A stretch of 64,000 bases of DNA. Origin: Beijerinckiaceae bacterium (GTDB lineage Bacteria > Pseudomonadota > Alphaproteobacteria > Rhizobiales > Beijerinckiaceae). The stretch lies in contig CANJPM010000003.1 in the NCBI GenBank assembly GCA_947476075.1, positions 434 through 64,433 on the forward strand, read 5' to 3'. Both the position numbers and the translations under genes were made by a program. Below the pieces are notes generated by a model. It had not been told where the DNA came from. It made no database searches and saw only the letters and a list, made by a program, of their open reading frames with translations. Below, piece by piece: positions 29,571-40,029 of this stretch (its first letter is position 1; every line of letters begins with the position of its first letter).

Positions 29571-29810
29571 TCAGGCCGCGGCTGCCTTCTCAAGGAACTT
29601 CACAGCGTCGCCGACCGTGGTGATCGTCTCGGCCGCGTCATCAGGGATCTCGACCCCGAACTCTTCTTCAAACGCCATCACCAGTTCAACGGTGTCGAGC
29701 GAGTCGGCGCCGAGGTCGTCGATGAAATTGGCAGCCTCGACAACCTTGTCGGCTTCTACGCCGAGATGCTCGATAACGATCTTCTTCACGCGCTCGGCAA
29801 CATCGCTCAT
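29571..29810 (-). CDS. acpP: Acyl carrier protein
   Basis: [20 protein letters not shown]. Confidence 0.98.
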   Translation of the reverse strand: MSDVAERVKKIVIEHLGVEADKVVEAANFIDDLGADSLDTVELVMAFEEEFGVEIPDDAAETITTVGDAVKFLEKAAAA

Positions 29811-30105
29811 CTTGAATTTCCCTGTTGTTTATCAGACCGCAAGCCAACCGCACCGCCAGACAAAAGCGCAAAACGCCCTCTGCCCGGCAAAAGCCGGTGG
29901 CCCCCAAACTTACAATCCCAATGTCGCCGCCAAATGTTTGCGGGAGCACCAGACTACAAGCAAACACCCATGGCGCCTTAGCGCACGCAAATGTCCACCA
30001 GCAGATTCCGCGCCTCGTACCATACTTCCTGAATGATGGCGAGAGCCGAAGAACCGTCCAAAACGGCCCCTTGAGGCCGGGCGATGATTCTCTGTCACCG
30101 CCAAA

Positions 30106-30843
30106 TCAGATCATCGCCATCCCGCCGTTGACATGCAAGGTCTGGCCGGTGACGTAGGCCGCCTCGCGGCTGGCCAGATAAACGACGGCGGCGGCTATAT
30201 CGGCTCCCTCGCCCAGTCGTCCGGCGGGAATCGTCCCCATGATCGCGTCTTTCTGCTTCTCGTTCAAAGCGTCGGTCATGGGGCTGGCGATAAAGCCCGG
30301 AGCCACGCAATTGACTGTGATGTTGCGGCTGGCGACTTCAGCGGCCAGCGATTTCGACATGCCGATCATGCCCGCTTTTGAGGCAGCATAATTGCCCTGG
30401 CCCGGATTTCCGGTGACGCCGACGATGGAGGTGATGGACACGATACGCCCGAAACGGCGTTTCATCATGCCCCGCAGGCAGGCGCGCGACAGGCGAAACG
30501 CCGAGGTCAGATTGACCGCCAGCACCTCGTCCCAATCCTCGTCCTTCATTCGCATGAACAGGCCGTCGCGGGTGATGCCAGCGTTGTTTACGAGCACGTC
30601 GATCTGGCCCATCGCCTTCTCTGCATGCGGCACAAGCGCCTCGACCTGCTCGCGATCCCCAAGATTGCAGGGCACGATATGCACGCGGTCGCCCAGCTCG
30701 CCGGCCAGCGCCTCAAGCGCGGCGGCGCGGGTGCCCGACAGCGTAACGGTCGCGCCCTGCGCATGAAGCGCGCGCGCCATAGCGCCTCCGAGGCCGCCAG
30801 TGGCGCCGGTGACGAGGGCGTTCAAGCCGGTGAGATCGAACAT
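30106..30843 (-). CDS. fabG: 3-oxoacyl-ACP reductase
   Basis: TGATGGLG, NNAGITRD, NYAASKAG, NGGMAMI; located between fabD and acpP. Confidence 0.96.
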   Translation of the reverse strand: MFDLTGLNALVTGATGGLGGAMARALHAQGATVTLSGTRAAALEALAGELGDRVHIVPCNLGDREQVEALVPHAEKAMGQIDVLVNNAGITRDGLFMRMKDEDWDEVLAVNLTSAFRLSRACLRGMMKRRFGRIVSITSIVGVTGNPGQGNYAASKAGMIGMSKSLAAEVASRNITVNCVAPGFIASPMTDALNEKQKDAIMGTIPAGRLGEGADIAAAVVYLASREAAYVTGQTLHVNGGMAMI

Positions 30844-30875
30844 GGACAGCTCCTAATGTGAGCGAGAAAAGGGGT

Positions 30876-31829
30876 TCAGGACTTCATGTATTGCTTGAAG
30901 GATTCCACGTCCGCCGGCGCGCCAACAGGCGTCCCAATCGCTTCCGGCGCAATCCTTTTTACCAAACCTGACAAGACCTTACCGGCCCCAAGCTCATAAA
31001 ATAGATTAACGCCGCTGGACGCCATATAGCTGACCGATTCCGCCCAGCGCACCGAGCCCGTGACCTGCTCGACGAGGCGGGCGCGGATCTCTGCAGGGTC
31101 CGTGATGGGCGTCGCGAGCACGTTGGCGACCAGCGCCACGCAGGGCGCCTTGATCGCGACATTGGTCAGCGCCTGCGCCATGGCTGAGGCTGCGGGCTGC
31201 ATCAATGCGCAATGGAAGGGCGCGGAGACGGGCAGCAAAATGCAGCGCTTGGCGCCCTTGGCCTTGGCGATCTCCATCGCCTTCTCGACTGCAGCTTTGG
31301 CGCCGGAGGCCACAACCTGCCCGCCGCCATTGTCGTTGGCGACCTGACAGACAAGCCCGGTCTCTGCGGCGGCCTCGACGCAGGCCTCCCGCGCGGTCGC
31401 AAGGTCTAGCCCCAGCAGAGCGGCCATTGCCCCCTCTCCCGGCGCAACCGCCTTCTGCATGGAATCGCCGCGAATACGCAGCAGCCGTGCGGCATCCGCC
31501 AGCGTGAAGGCGCCGGCGGCGGCAAGCGCGGAATATTCGCCCAGCGAATGCCCGGCGACGAACTTCGCCTGCGTCGCCAGATCAAGCCCGGCCTCAGCCT
31601 CCAGCACGCGCACGACGGCAAGGCTCGTCGCCATCAAAGCGGGCTGGGCGTTGGCGGTAAGGGTCAGCTCGGCCTCGGGGCCGTCAAACATAAGGGCTGA
31701 AAGTTTTTGTGACAGCGCCTCGTCCACTTCCGCAAAAACCGCACGGGCGGCGGGAAACGATTCGGCGAGCGCCTTGCCCATGCCGACTGATTGGGAGCCC
31801 TGCCCCGGAAATACGAAAGCCGTCGCCAT
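30876..31829 (-). CDS. fabD: Malonyl-CoA:ACP transacylase
   Basis: FVFPGQGSQ, GHSLGEY, VSAPFHC. Confidence 0.97.
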   Translation of the reverse strand: MATAFVFPGQGSQSVGMGKALAESFPAARAVFAEVDEALSQKLSALMFDGPEAELTLTANAQPALMATSLAVVRVLEAEAGLDLATQAKFVAGHSLGEYSALAAAGAFTLADAARLLRIRGDSMQKAVAPGEGAMAALLGLDLATAREACVEAAAETGLVCQVANDNGGGQVVASGAKAAVEKAMEIAKAKGAKRCILLPVSAPFHCALMQPAASAMAQALTNVAIKAPCVALVANVLATPITDPAEIRARLVEQVTGSVRWAESVSYMASSGVNLFYELGAGKVLSGLVKRIAPEAIGTPVGAPADVESFKQYMKS

Positions 31830-32038
31830 AAAATGTGTCCTTGATGCAGCCGCAGGCCTGGCCGGAGAATTCGACGCTGTGACCGCCTCTTGAAGCGGCT
31901 TGGGGCGGGGAGTCAAGTATGCCCGAGCGCGCCCAGAACTGGCCGGAGTGAGAGCAAGCTCTAGCAATGTGCTTGAATTTCGACGTAAGTCGCCCGGCGA
32001 TAACCTTCTCTTCAGCGCGATTCGACGGGACGATCTAC

Positions 32039-32455
32039 ATGGCCGCCATTCCAGGCAAAAGCTGCGGACCGTGCACCATGTGCTGCAAGGTGCTGGTGAT
32101 CGAGCATTTCAAGAAAGACGCCGGCGTCCTTTGCGAACATTGCGTCGTAAAAGGCGGCTGCAACATCTACCAGGATCGGCCCGACGTGTGCCGCGATTAT
32201 GAATGTGACTGGATGATGGAGCGCTCGCTCGGCCCGATGCTGCGCCCCGACAAAGTTGGCACAATCCTGCAGGAAGATCAGGATTCAGACGAATACCAGG
32301 CCGTCGTAGACCCCGCCACGCCCAACGCATGGCGCAATCCGCTGGTGTTCAAAGTGCTGGTGTCCAAAGCCAGGGAAGGCCGCACCGTGATCGCCAAAGC
32401 CGGCCTGAAATCATGGCGCATCTTTGAAGACGGGAAGACCGCGCCGTGGACTTGA
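32039..32455 (+). CDS. Cysteine-rich protein (YkgJ-like Zn/Fe-S cluster family)
   Basis: CGPCTMCC...CEHC...CNIYQDRPDVCRDYEC, nine Cys in ~50 aa. Confidence 0.75.
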   Translation: MAAIPGKSCGPCTMCCKVLVIEHFKKDAGVLCEHCVVKGGCNIYQDRPDVCRDYECDWMMERSLGPMLRPDKVGTILQEDQDSDEYQAVVDPATPNAWRNPLVFKVLVSKAREGRTVIAKAGLKSWRIFEDGKTAPWT

Positions 32456-32524
32456 GCCGCTAACCTTGCACGCACGTCCGTAAAGCCGCCATGATGAAGC
32501 GGCGCTAAAAAAGGAACACCAAAG

Positions 32525-33442
32525 ATGACCTTCACCAACGCGCGGACCAGACTTGAAGCGCGCTGGGCGGCAACGCCAATGGCGGCCAAGGGCGTGTTTC
32601 TGGTGTCGGCCGGGTCCATCGGCCTCGTGCTCATGGCGGCGCTGGCCAAATATCTGGGCTCCCGGCTGCCTCCGTTTGAAATTCTGTTTTTCCGCTCGGC
32701 TGTTGGCTTTATCTGCGCACTCTGGGTGTTTCGCTCCGATCTAATGGAGCCTCTGCGCACCAAGCGTCCCGGCGCACATTTCTTTCGCGGCCTCGTGGGG
32801 GCTGGCGGCAATGCCTGCTTTTTCTGGACGATCACGCACATGATGCTGGCGGATTCGCTGGCGCTGCAATTCTCGCGGCCGCTGTGGATGATACCGCTGG
32901 CCTTGTGCTTTCTGTCGGAAGTGGTGGGCTTCCGCCGCATCGCCGTCGCCACTGTTGGTTTTGCGGGCATTCTTATGTACGCACGCCCGTTTACGGAAGG
33001 ATTCGACCCGAACGCCATTGTAGGCGCCTTCGGCGGCCTGTTCGCGGCGCTGGTGGTCGTGGCGATCAAGAACCTGCAAAGCTCCGGCACCGAACCCACG
33101 CGCGTCATCATGTTTTATTACGCGTTCTGGAACGCTTTTTTCGCTGCTTTGCCCGCTCTCTTCACATGGATCGCACCGACCGGCCCGGAGCTGGTTCTGC
33201 TTGTGCTGATCGGCGTCATGGGCATGGGCGGACAGGCCCTGATAACCCACGGACTGAGCATGGGCGACGCCACGGCTCTGGTTCCGCTCGACTATCTGCG
33301 GGTGATCTACGCCGCGATTCTGGGCTTTATATTGTTTGGCGAAGTGCCCAACGCCTGGAGCTTTGGCGGCATGGCGCTCATCATAGCGGCTTCGCTTTAT
33401 CTCGTGCTGACCGAGCGCAAGGGGAAAACAGCGAAGGCTTAG
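32525..33442 (+). CDS. DMT/EamA family transporter
   Basis: About ten TM helices; EILFFRS, FSRPLW, LVPLDYLR, FGEVP. Confidence 0.88.
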   Translation: MTFTNARTRLEARWAATPMAAKGVFLVSAGSIGLVLMAALAKYLGSRLPPFEILFFRSAVGFICALWVFRSDLMEPLRTKRPGAHFFRGLVGAGGNACFFWTITHMMLADSLALQFSRPLWMIPLALCFLSEVVGFRRIAVATVGFAGILMYARPFTEGFDPNAIVGAFGGLFAALVVVAIKNLQSSGTEPTRVIMFYYAFWNAFFAALPALFTWIAPTGPELVLLVLIGVMGMGGQALITHGLSMGDATALVPLDYLRVIYAAILGFILFGEVPNAWSFGGMALIIAASLYLVLTERKGKTAKA

Positions 33443-33758
33443 CGCCTTGAGCCGCAACCCAAGCCGCTATCGGAGCCAGGCGGACGGACCCGACAGGAAT
33501 TGCCAGAGCGCGCGAGGACCCGCGCAGTCCAGTTCCCACCAACGTGTGTGTTGCATCCGTTCCAAATCCGCGTATAACGCGCACTTCGCAGCTTCCGGCC
33601 GGGGGCTGAACGGAAGGTCGTGCGCCCTTTTGGGCTTGCGTCAGGAGTTTACTCCGTCTTCCCGTGTCTCCGCCTTCGAATGCGTTCCGTCGAGCCTTTC
33701 TCCGGGCTCGGAGGGCTCCGCGCTGGTCGCCAGGCGACAACAGAGAAAGGCATAAGCA

Positions 33759-34205
33759 ATGGCTCTTTACGAGCACATTTACCTTGCCCGTCAGGACGTT
33801 ACACCCCAGCAGGTGGAAACGATGACGGAGCAGTTCAAGACAGTGATCGAAGCCAATGGCGGCTCCATCGCCAAGCTCGAATATTGGGGCGTCAAGACGC
33901 TCGCCTACCGGATCAAGAAGAACCGCAAGGCGCATTTCACGCTCATGAACATCAATGCGTCGGCAGCAGCTGTCGCGGAGATGGAGCGTCAGATGGGCAT
34001 CAACGAAGACATTCTTCGTTTCATGACCATCCGCATGGAAGAGCATGAGGAAGGCCCGTCTGCGATGATGCGCAAGCGTGAGGAATCGGATCGTGACGAT
34101 CGCGGCGAACGCCGTGGCCCGCGCAGCGATCGCGGCGACCGCGGCGACCGCCCTGACCGTCCCCGTCGTCCCCGTGAAGACGCGCCCATGGAAGGAGCTA
34201 TCTAA
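33759..34205 (+). CDS. rpsF: 30S ribosomal protein S6
   Basis: [32 protein letters not shown]. Confidence 0.98.
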   Translation: MALYEHIYLARQDVTPQQVETMTEQFKTVIEANGGSIAKLEYWGVKTLAYRIKKNRKAHFTLMNINASAAAVAEMERQMGINEDILRFMTIRMEEHEEGPSAMMRKREESDRDDRGERRGPRSDRGDRGDRPDRPRRPREDAPMEGAI

Positions 34206-34441
34206 TGGCAACTGCCGCACGTCGCCCCTTCTTCCGTCGTCGCAAGACCTGCCCTTTCTCGACCGCCGGTTCGCCGAAGATCGACTATAAGGACACACGT
34301 CTGCTCTCGCGCTACATCTCCGAGCGCGGCAAGATCGTGCCCTCGCGCATCACCGCCGTTTCGGCGAAGAAGCAGCGTGAGCTCGCTCAGGCCATCAAGC
34401 GCGCGCGCTTTCTGGGCCTGCTGCCCTACGTGATCCGCTAA
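34205..34441 (+). CDS. rpsR: 30S ribosomal protein S18
   Basis: [35 protein letters not shown]. Confidence 0.98.
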   Translation: MATAARRPFFRRRKTCPFSTAGSPKIDYKDTRLLSRYISERGKIVPSRITAVSAKKQRELAQAIKRARFLGLLPYVIR

Positions 34442-34450
34442 GTTCAATTC

Positions 34451-34474
34451 CTCTCCCCGCTCGCGCGGGGAGAG
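34451..34474 (+). terminator. Hairpin after rpsR (terminator or REP-like)
   Basis: ctctccccgc-tcgc-gcggggagag followed by ttcctttat. Confidence 0.5.
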
Positions 34475-34582
34475 TTCCTTTATGCTCCCAGCCGCCCGGA
34501 TGGTCCGGTCGGCAAGGCTGGACGGGCTTTCCCGCTCCTAACCGTCGAAATCGCGACGGGACACCCAGGCGACGCGCACAGC

Positions 34583-35596
34583 ATGTTTCAGCAAATCATC
34601 ATAGCAATCGGCGCCGGACTCGCGTCAGCTCTGCTGTTCTTCATTCCGATGAAGGGCACGGCCTATGCAATGATCGCGCTGTTTTCCGCTTTGCCGCTGA
34701 TGATCGCCGGGCTCTCCTTCAACCCCATTCTCGCTTTGCTTGGCGCGGGCGCCGGCGGGCTGGCGCTGTTCTTCGGCCTGACGCTCGTGGCCGACGTGGA
34801 AACGATCCCCGCTTTACTGTTCACCGGCTTCTTCGCCGCGACCTCGGCCCTGCCCGCCTGGCAATTGACGCGACTGGCCTGGCTTGGTCGCCCACCCGTA
34901 CAGGGCGAGGCGCCAGCCTCCGATGGTCTTGTCTGGTATCCCATCGGCAATCTCGTCGCCTGGATGACAGCTATGGCGGCTGCCGCGTCCATCGGCGGCC
35001 TTATGATCGCCGTTTTTGCCGTTGGTTCGTTCGGCGTGCTGTTGTCGGAAACGGCGACTCTGCTTGCGCCTGTGCTGGCGCGGCTTTTGAGCAATGTCGA
35101 CAAATTCCCCACCAGCTTGACGGCAGAAGAAGTGGGTCGCGCCTTCGTGCTGTCGATGCCGCCTGCGCTGGCTGTATGGACGTTGCTGGGCATGGCGCTG
35201 AACCTGTGGCTGGCGGCGCGCATTGCGGCGTTCTCGCAGAGCATGCGTCGTCCGTGGATGAGCCTGCCCGAGAATTTTGAATTGCCGCGCGTCATCTTGC
35301 CGGCGTTCGCCGCCGCGATTGCGCTGGCTCTGATCGACGGTCTGCCGCGCGTGATAGGCGCAACGATAGCCGTTTCCATTGGTGCGGCTCTGGCCCTCAA
35401 GGGTCTTGCCGCAATTCATTCGACCACACGCGCCATGTCGAGCCGCGTGGCGATTCTTTCAGCCGTCTACATGACGATGCTGGTCCTGTTCCCGCTCCCG
35501 GCACCGCTTCTTACGGCGCTCGGTTTGTCGGCGATGCTCACCCCGCGCAAGCGCCCCCCGGCGCTTCCGCCTGCCGCGAACTCAAACGAAAATTAA
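34583..35596 (+). CDS. DUF2232/YybS-family membrane protein
   Basis: Polytopic membrane protein in the usual rpsR-rplI position. Confidence 0.8.
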   Translation: MFQQIIIAIGAGLASALLFFIPMKGTAYAMIALFSALPLMIAGLSFNPILALLGAGAGGLALFFGLTLVADVETIPALLFTGFFAATSALPAWQLTRLAWLGRPPVQGEAPASDGLVWYPIGNLVAWMTAMAAAASIGGLMIAVFAVGSFGVLLSETATLLAPVLARLLSNVDKFPTSLTAEEVGRAFVLSMPPALAVWTLLGMALNLWLAARIAAFSQSMRRPWMSLPENFELPRVILPAFAAAIALALIDGLPRVIGATIAVSIGAALALKGLAAIHSTTRAMSSRVAILSAVYMTMLVLFPLPAPLLTALGLSAMLTPRKRPPALPPAANSNEN

Positions 35597-35608
35597 AGGA
35601 GACTACAA

Positions 35609-36178
35609 ATGGAAGTCATTCTGCTCGAACGCGTCGCCAAACTGGGCCAAATGGGCGAAACCGTAAAGGTTCGCGACGGCTTTGCGCGCAACTTCCTGCT
35701 GCCGCAGGGCAAGGCGCTGCGCGCCACCGGCGCCAACAAGAAGCGCTTCGACGATCAGCGCGCCCAGCTTGAGGCCCGCAACCTTGAACAGAAGGCGGAA
35801 GCCGAGAAGGTGCACGCCAAGCTCGACGGCCAGAGCTTCGTTATCATCCGTCAGGCTGGCGAAACCGGCCAGCTCTACGGCTCCGTATCGACCCGCGACA
35901 TCGCCGACATCGTCACCGCCGGCGGCGTGAGCGTGAACCGCAATCAGGTTTCCCTGCTGACACCGATCAAGGCCATTGGCCTGCACACGGTGCCGGTGCT
36001 GCTGCATCCGGAAGTGGAAGCAAAGGTGACGATCAACGTCGCCCGCTCCGAGCAGGAAGCCGAGCGCCAGACGCGCGGCGAAGAACTCGACACGCGCGAA
36101 GAGATGTCCATGGACGATCTCGGCCTCGAAATCGGCGCCGCCCTTGCGGAAGCCGGCGGCGACATGGGCGACCGGTAA
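35609..36178 (+). CDS. rplI: 50S ribosomal protein L9
   Basis: [36 protein letters not shown]. Confidence 0.98.
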   Translation: MEVILLERVAKLGQMGETVKVRDGFARNFLLPQGKALRATGANKKRFDDQRAQLEARNLEQKAEAEKVHAKLDGQSFVIIRQAGETGQLYGSVSTRDIADIVTAGGVSVNRNQVSLLTPIKAIGLHTVPVLLHPEVEAKVTINVARSEQEAERQTRGEELDTREEMSMDDLGLEIGAALAEAGGDMGDR

Positions 36179-36202
36179 GGTTTTCGCCAAGCTGCTTGAG
36201 AC

Positions 36203-36236
36203 AAGACGCCCGCGCGCAAGCGCGGGCGTCTTTCTA
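36203..36236 (+). terminator. Intrinsic terminator after rplI
   Basis: 13-bp stem aagacgcccgcgc/gcgcgggcgtctt, gcaa loop, T-rich tail. Confidence 0.75.
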
Positions 36237-36642
36237 TGAACCGCAGGCTTCAAGCCCGCAAAACACCGCCAGCCGTGTCGCTGCCAGCAGCCAAGATGGT
36301 TTGGACTGCACCGGACACAAATTTGTTTGGAATCGTTGATTGGACTGCCAGCAACGCTGATGCAATCGGCAATGCGGGCCTGGAAGCCCGTGGTCCCAAG
36401 CGGCTCCCGCCCCTGAGTCAGATCGCCCGCCACGCGTCAAGCAATCACTACGCAATCCCCATGGCGCCAGAGAGAGGCATGTGGATTGCGGGACGAACGC
36501 ACAGTCTTTCCTCCTTGATTAACCATGTCGCTCGCACATGCGATTGGGACATGCGACACAAGCCTCGCAGGTGCGCCGCGCGATTGGTATCCTGTCGCCA
36601 CAGCGTTCGAGTCGCATTTCGCCTTCAGATCACTGGAAACAC

Positions 36643-38145
36643 ATGTCCGCCGTCGAACAGATAGGGACCCGGTTCGCTCTTATGGCGAACCAGCCCGAAC
36701 CCGCAGCCTACCGGTTGGCGCCGCACAACATCGAGGCTGAGCAAGCCCTGTTGGGCGCCATTCTCGTCAATAACGACGCCTTTGATCGCGTCTCAGACTT
36801 TCTGCGGCCTGAACATTTCTACGAAGAGATTCACCGCCGCGTGTTTGAAGTCACGGCGCAGCTCGTGCGCGCGGGCAAGGTCGCGTCCCCAATTACGCTG
36901 AAAACCTTTCTGGGAGAGCATGATCTTGGCGGCATGACGGTGCCGCAATATCTGGCGCGCGTGGCCGCTGAAGCCACCACCGTCATCAATGCCGAGGATT
37001 ACGGCCGCACGATCTACGATCTGGCTGTGCGCCGAAACCTCATCGGCATCGGCGAGGAAATCGTCAATACGGCGTATGATTCCCCCGTCGATCTCAACCC
37101 GCGCGTCCAGATCGAGGAGGCCGAGCGCCGCCTCTATGAGATTGCCGAACAAGGACGCTACGACGGCGGCTTTCAATCGTTCTCGCAGGCGCTGACAACC
37201 GCTATCGACACCGCGGCCAAAGCCTATGAGCGCGACGGCAAGCTGTCTGGCATCAGCACAGGCATGAGCGACCTTGATTACAAACTCGGCGGCCTGCAAT
37301 CGTCCGATCTTGTGATCGTCGCCGGACGTCCCGGCATGGGTAAAACGGCGCTGGCCACCAATATCGCGTTCAACATCGCCAAGGCTTACGAATACGAAGT
37401 GCGGCCCGATGGCGTACATATTCCCAAGAATGGCGGAATCGTCGGCTTCTTCTCGCTCGAAATGTCGGCAGAACAGCTCGCAACCCGCATCATCGCCGAG
37501 CAATCAGGCGTACCCTCCTACAAAATCCGCCGTGGCGACATTCAGGACAGCGAGTTTCACAAAATCTCGGAAGCCGCGCGCGAAATGCAGCAGATTCCGT
37601 TCTTCATCGACCAGACCGGCGGCATCTCCATCGCCCAGCTCGTGGCGCGCGCAAGGCGCCTGAAGCGTCAGCGCGGGCTCGACGTGCTGGTGGTGGACTA
37701 TTTGCAGCTCCTCAGCGGCTCCAAGTCGGCCGGCTCAAACCGCGTGCAGGAACTGACCGAAATCACCACCGGTCTGAAGGCGCTCGCCAAAGAGCTGAAT
37801 GCGCCGGTGATCGCGCTCTCGCAGCTCTCGCGTCAGGTTGAATCGCGCGACGACAAGCGTCCGCAATTGTCCGATCTTCGTGAATCGGGCTCCATCGAAC
37901 AGGACGCCGACGTCGTGATGTTCGTGTATCGCGAAGAATATTACATTAAAAACAAGCAACCGCGCGAAGGCACGGAAGAGTTCACCTCGTGGCTGGCCGA
38001 GATGGAGCGCGCACATGGTCGCGCTGAAGTCATTATCGGCAAACAGCGCCATGGCCCCACCGGGACGGTGGAATTGCAGTTCGACGCCGAAGTGACGCGG
38101 TTCTCGAACATGGCGCGCGAAGACGCGCTGCCGGAGCGCATGTGA
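36643..38145 (+). CDS. dnaB: Replicative DNA helicase
   Basis: PHNIEAEQALLG, AGRPGMGKT, FSLEMS, VDYLQL, LSQLSR, DLRESGSIEQDAD, KQRHGPTG; no intein seen. Confidence 0.97.
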   Translation: MSAVEQIGTRFALMANQPEPAAYRLAPHNIEAEQALLGAILVNNDAFDRVSDFLRPEHFYEEIHRRVFEVTAQLVRAGKVASPITLKTFLGEHDLGGMTVPQYLARVAAEATTVINAEDYGRTIYDLAVRRNLIGIGEEIVNTAYDSPVDLNPRVQIEEAERRLYEIAEQGRYDGGFQSFSQALTTAIDTAAKAYERDGKLSGISTGMSDLDYKLGGLQSSDLVIVAGRPGMGKTALATNIAFNIAKAYEYEVRPDGVHIPKNGGIVGFFSLEMSAEQLATRIIAEQSGVPSYKIRRGDIQDSEFHKISEAAREMQQIPFFIDQTGGISIAQLVARARRLKRQRGLDVLVVDYLQLLSGSKSAGSNRVQELTEITTGLKALAKELNAPVIALSQLSRQVESRDDKRPQLSDLRESGSIEQDADVVMFVYREEYYIKNKQPREGTEEFTSWLAEMERAHGRAEVIIGKQRHGPTGTVELQFDAEVTRFSNMAREDALPERM

Positions 38146-39272
38146 GCAACAAGGCGCACATGACAGGCTCAGAAAGGCTTGGTTCGCAAGCCATTCTGAC
38201 GATTGATCTTGACGCGCTGGTGGCCAATTGGCGCGCAATGGGCGCACGCGCCGCGCCCGCGCAATGCGCCGCCGTGGTGAAAGCCGACGCTTATGGAATT
38301 GGAGTCAAGCCAGCGGCGCTGGCGCTTTCGCGCGCCGGATGCGTAAGCTTTTTTGTCGCGCATATCAACGAGGCCATACATTTGCGCGCCATTCTCGGCG
38401 CTGCGCCCGCGGATATTTATTGCCTGAACGGATTGCCCGACGATTCGGCGGCCATAGCAGCGCTGCTGGACGCTGACATTTTCCCCGTCCTCGGCTCCGC
38501 AACAGAATGGACGCTCTGGCAAGCGCAGGTGCCCAATCGCAAAGCCGCGCTCCATGTCGACACCGGCATGAACCGCCTGGGCATCAGCCCTGCGGAGGCT
38601 GCTGTAATCGGAGCGACGCCCGCAGCTGACAATGTGGCGCTTGTCATGAGCCATTTCGCCTCGTCCGAAGAGCCAGACAATCCGATGAACGCGGCGCAAC
38701 ATGCAGCGTTTGACGCTGTGCGCCAATTGTTTCCGCACGCGCGCGCAAGCCTTGCAAATTCGTCAGGCGTGTTCCTGCCTTCAACCCCGCACTACGATCT
38801 CGTGCGTGTCGGCTACGCGATTTATGGCGGAAATCCAACGCCGGGCGCGCCCAATCCGATGCAAAGCGTCGTGCATTTACAGGCTCCGATCATCCAGCTG
38901 CGCGAGGTCGAGGCTGGCGCTTGCGTCGGTTATAATTCCACCTGGCGCGCGCCCTCAGCCCGTCGCCTCGCCACCATTGGAACGGGCTATGCTGACGGGC
39001 TGCTGCGCTCGGCCTCAGGATCGCAAGAAAAGCCTGGCGCGCAGGCCTGTATTGGCGGCATGCTGTGCCCAATAGTCGGCCGCGTCTCAATGGATTTGTG
39101 CGTGATCGACGTAACGGACGCGCCAGTGACTGCGACTGCGCCCGGCGCGCTGGTGGAGCTGCTTGGCGCCACTATCGCAATCGACGATCTTGCTGCGCGC
39201 GCCAACACAATCGGCTACGAAATCCTTACAAGCCTCAGCAGCAGATATTACCGACAATATGTCGGCGGCTGA
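38142..39272 (+). CDS. alr: Alanine racemase
   Basis: AVVKADAYG PLP lysine, VDTGMNRLG, GYADG, GRVSMD, TIGYEILT. Confidence 0.96.
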   Translation: MSNKAHMTGSERLGSQAILTIDLDALVANWRAMGARAAPAQCAAVVKADAYGIGVKPAALALSRAGCVSFFVAHINEAIHLRAILGAAPADIYCLNGLPDDSAAIAALLDADIFPVLGSATEWTLWQAQVPNRKAALHVDTGMNRLGISPAEAAVIGATPAADNVALVMSHFASSEEPDNPMNAAQHAAFDAVRQLFPHARASLANSSGVFLPSTPHYDLVRVGYAIYGGNPTPGAPNPMQSVVHLQAPIIQLREVEAGACVGYNSTWRAPSARRLATIGTGYADGLLRSASGSQEKPGAQACIGGMLCPIVGRVSMDLCVIDVTDAPVTATAPGALVELLGATIAIDDLAARANTIGYEILTSLSSRYYRQYVGG

Positions 39273-39290
39273 TTTAAAGGAGCGGAAGAC

Positions 39291-39719
39291 TTGAACGCCT
39301 ATCTCTGGATCAAGTCGCTACACGTCGTCGCCGTGATTTCATGGATGGCAGGCCTGTTATATCTGCCGCGTCTGTTTGTTTATCACGTCGAGAACGAACG
39401 GTCGGAAGACCTGCGCGAGCTGTTTCCCGTAATGGAATACAAGCTGTATCGTTACATCATGAACCCGGCGATGATCGTGGCTTGGGCCAGCGGGTTGTAT
39501 CTGGCGATCTATAATTATTTCTTCTACGAAACTTGGTTCCTGACGAAGTTCGCGCTCGTGATCGCAATGACCGCGACGCATTTTTATCTCGGCGCGCTCG
39601 GTCGCAAGTTCAGGGCGAACCAGAACGCCCACACTTCCCGCTATTACCGCATCCTCAACGAGGCCCCGACGCTGCTCATGATCGCCATCGTCGCCCTGGT
39701 GATCGTGAAGCCGTTCTGA
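39291..39719 (+). CDS. hemJ: Protoporphyrinogen oxidase HemJ
   Basis: WIKSLHVVAVISWMAGLLYLPRLFVYH, NEAPTLLM...IVKPF. Confidence 0.9.
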   Translation: MNAYLWIKSLHVVAVISWMAGLLYLPRLFVYHVENERSEDLRELFPVMEYKLYRYIMNPAMIVAWASGLYLAIYNYFFYETWFLTKFALVIAMTATHFYLGALGRKFRANQNAHTSRYYRILNEAPTLLMIAIVALVIVKPF

Positions 39720-39800
39720 AAGGCCCATTGCCAAGCGCCAATGTTCCTGTATTGTTCTTCTTGTGAGAGATTCGCCAGACGGATTTTGAAGGAGAGCGCC

Positions 39801-40022
39801 ATGCGGGCGGATGAAGCGACGATCGAGGCGAGTGGGCGTTTTACGGTTGAGCGTTTCAACGGTCGCGGGCTTCCCAAATCATTGTCCGACGCCGCCACCT
39901 CGTTTCAGGCTGCGCTTGATGAGCTGCATGCGGCCGAAATGGAGCTCGAACGGCAGATCGTGGACCTGCGCGTCTATATCAATGCGGCTTCGGCGAGCCC
40001 TTCGCCCAATCTTGCGGTCTGA
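39801..40022 (+). CDS. Small hypothetical protein (helical/coiled-coil)
   Basis: AGGAGAG RBS before ATG 39801; ends 7 nt before radA; ALDELHAAEMELERQIVDL heptad pattern. Confidence 0.5.
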   Translation: MRADEATIEASGRFTVERFNGRGLPKSLSDAATSFQAALDELHAAEMELERQIVDLRVYINAASASPSPNLAV

Positions 40023-40029
40023 TTGAAAC

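Noticed and set aside
33560-33758. Possible S6:S18-binding leader RNA upstream of rpsF
   Set aside because: Plausible from position, but I could not fix the stem and CCC motif by eye; needs a covariance-model search.
36236-36664. 142-aa ORF in the rplI-dnaB gap
   Set aside because: No motif or clear RBS, and it overlaps the dnaB start; treated as intergenic.
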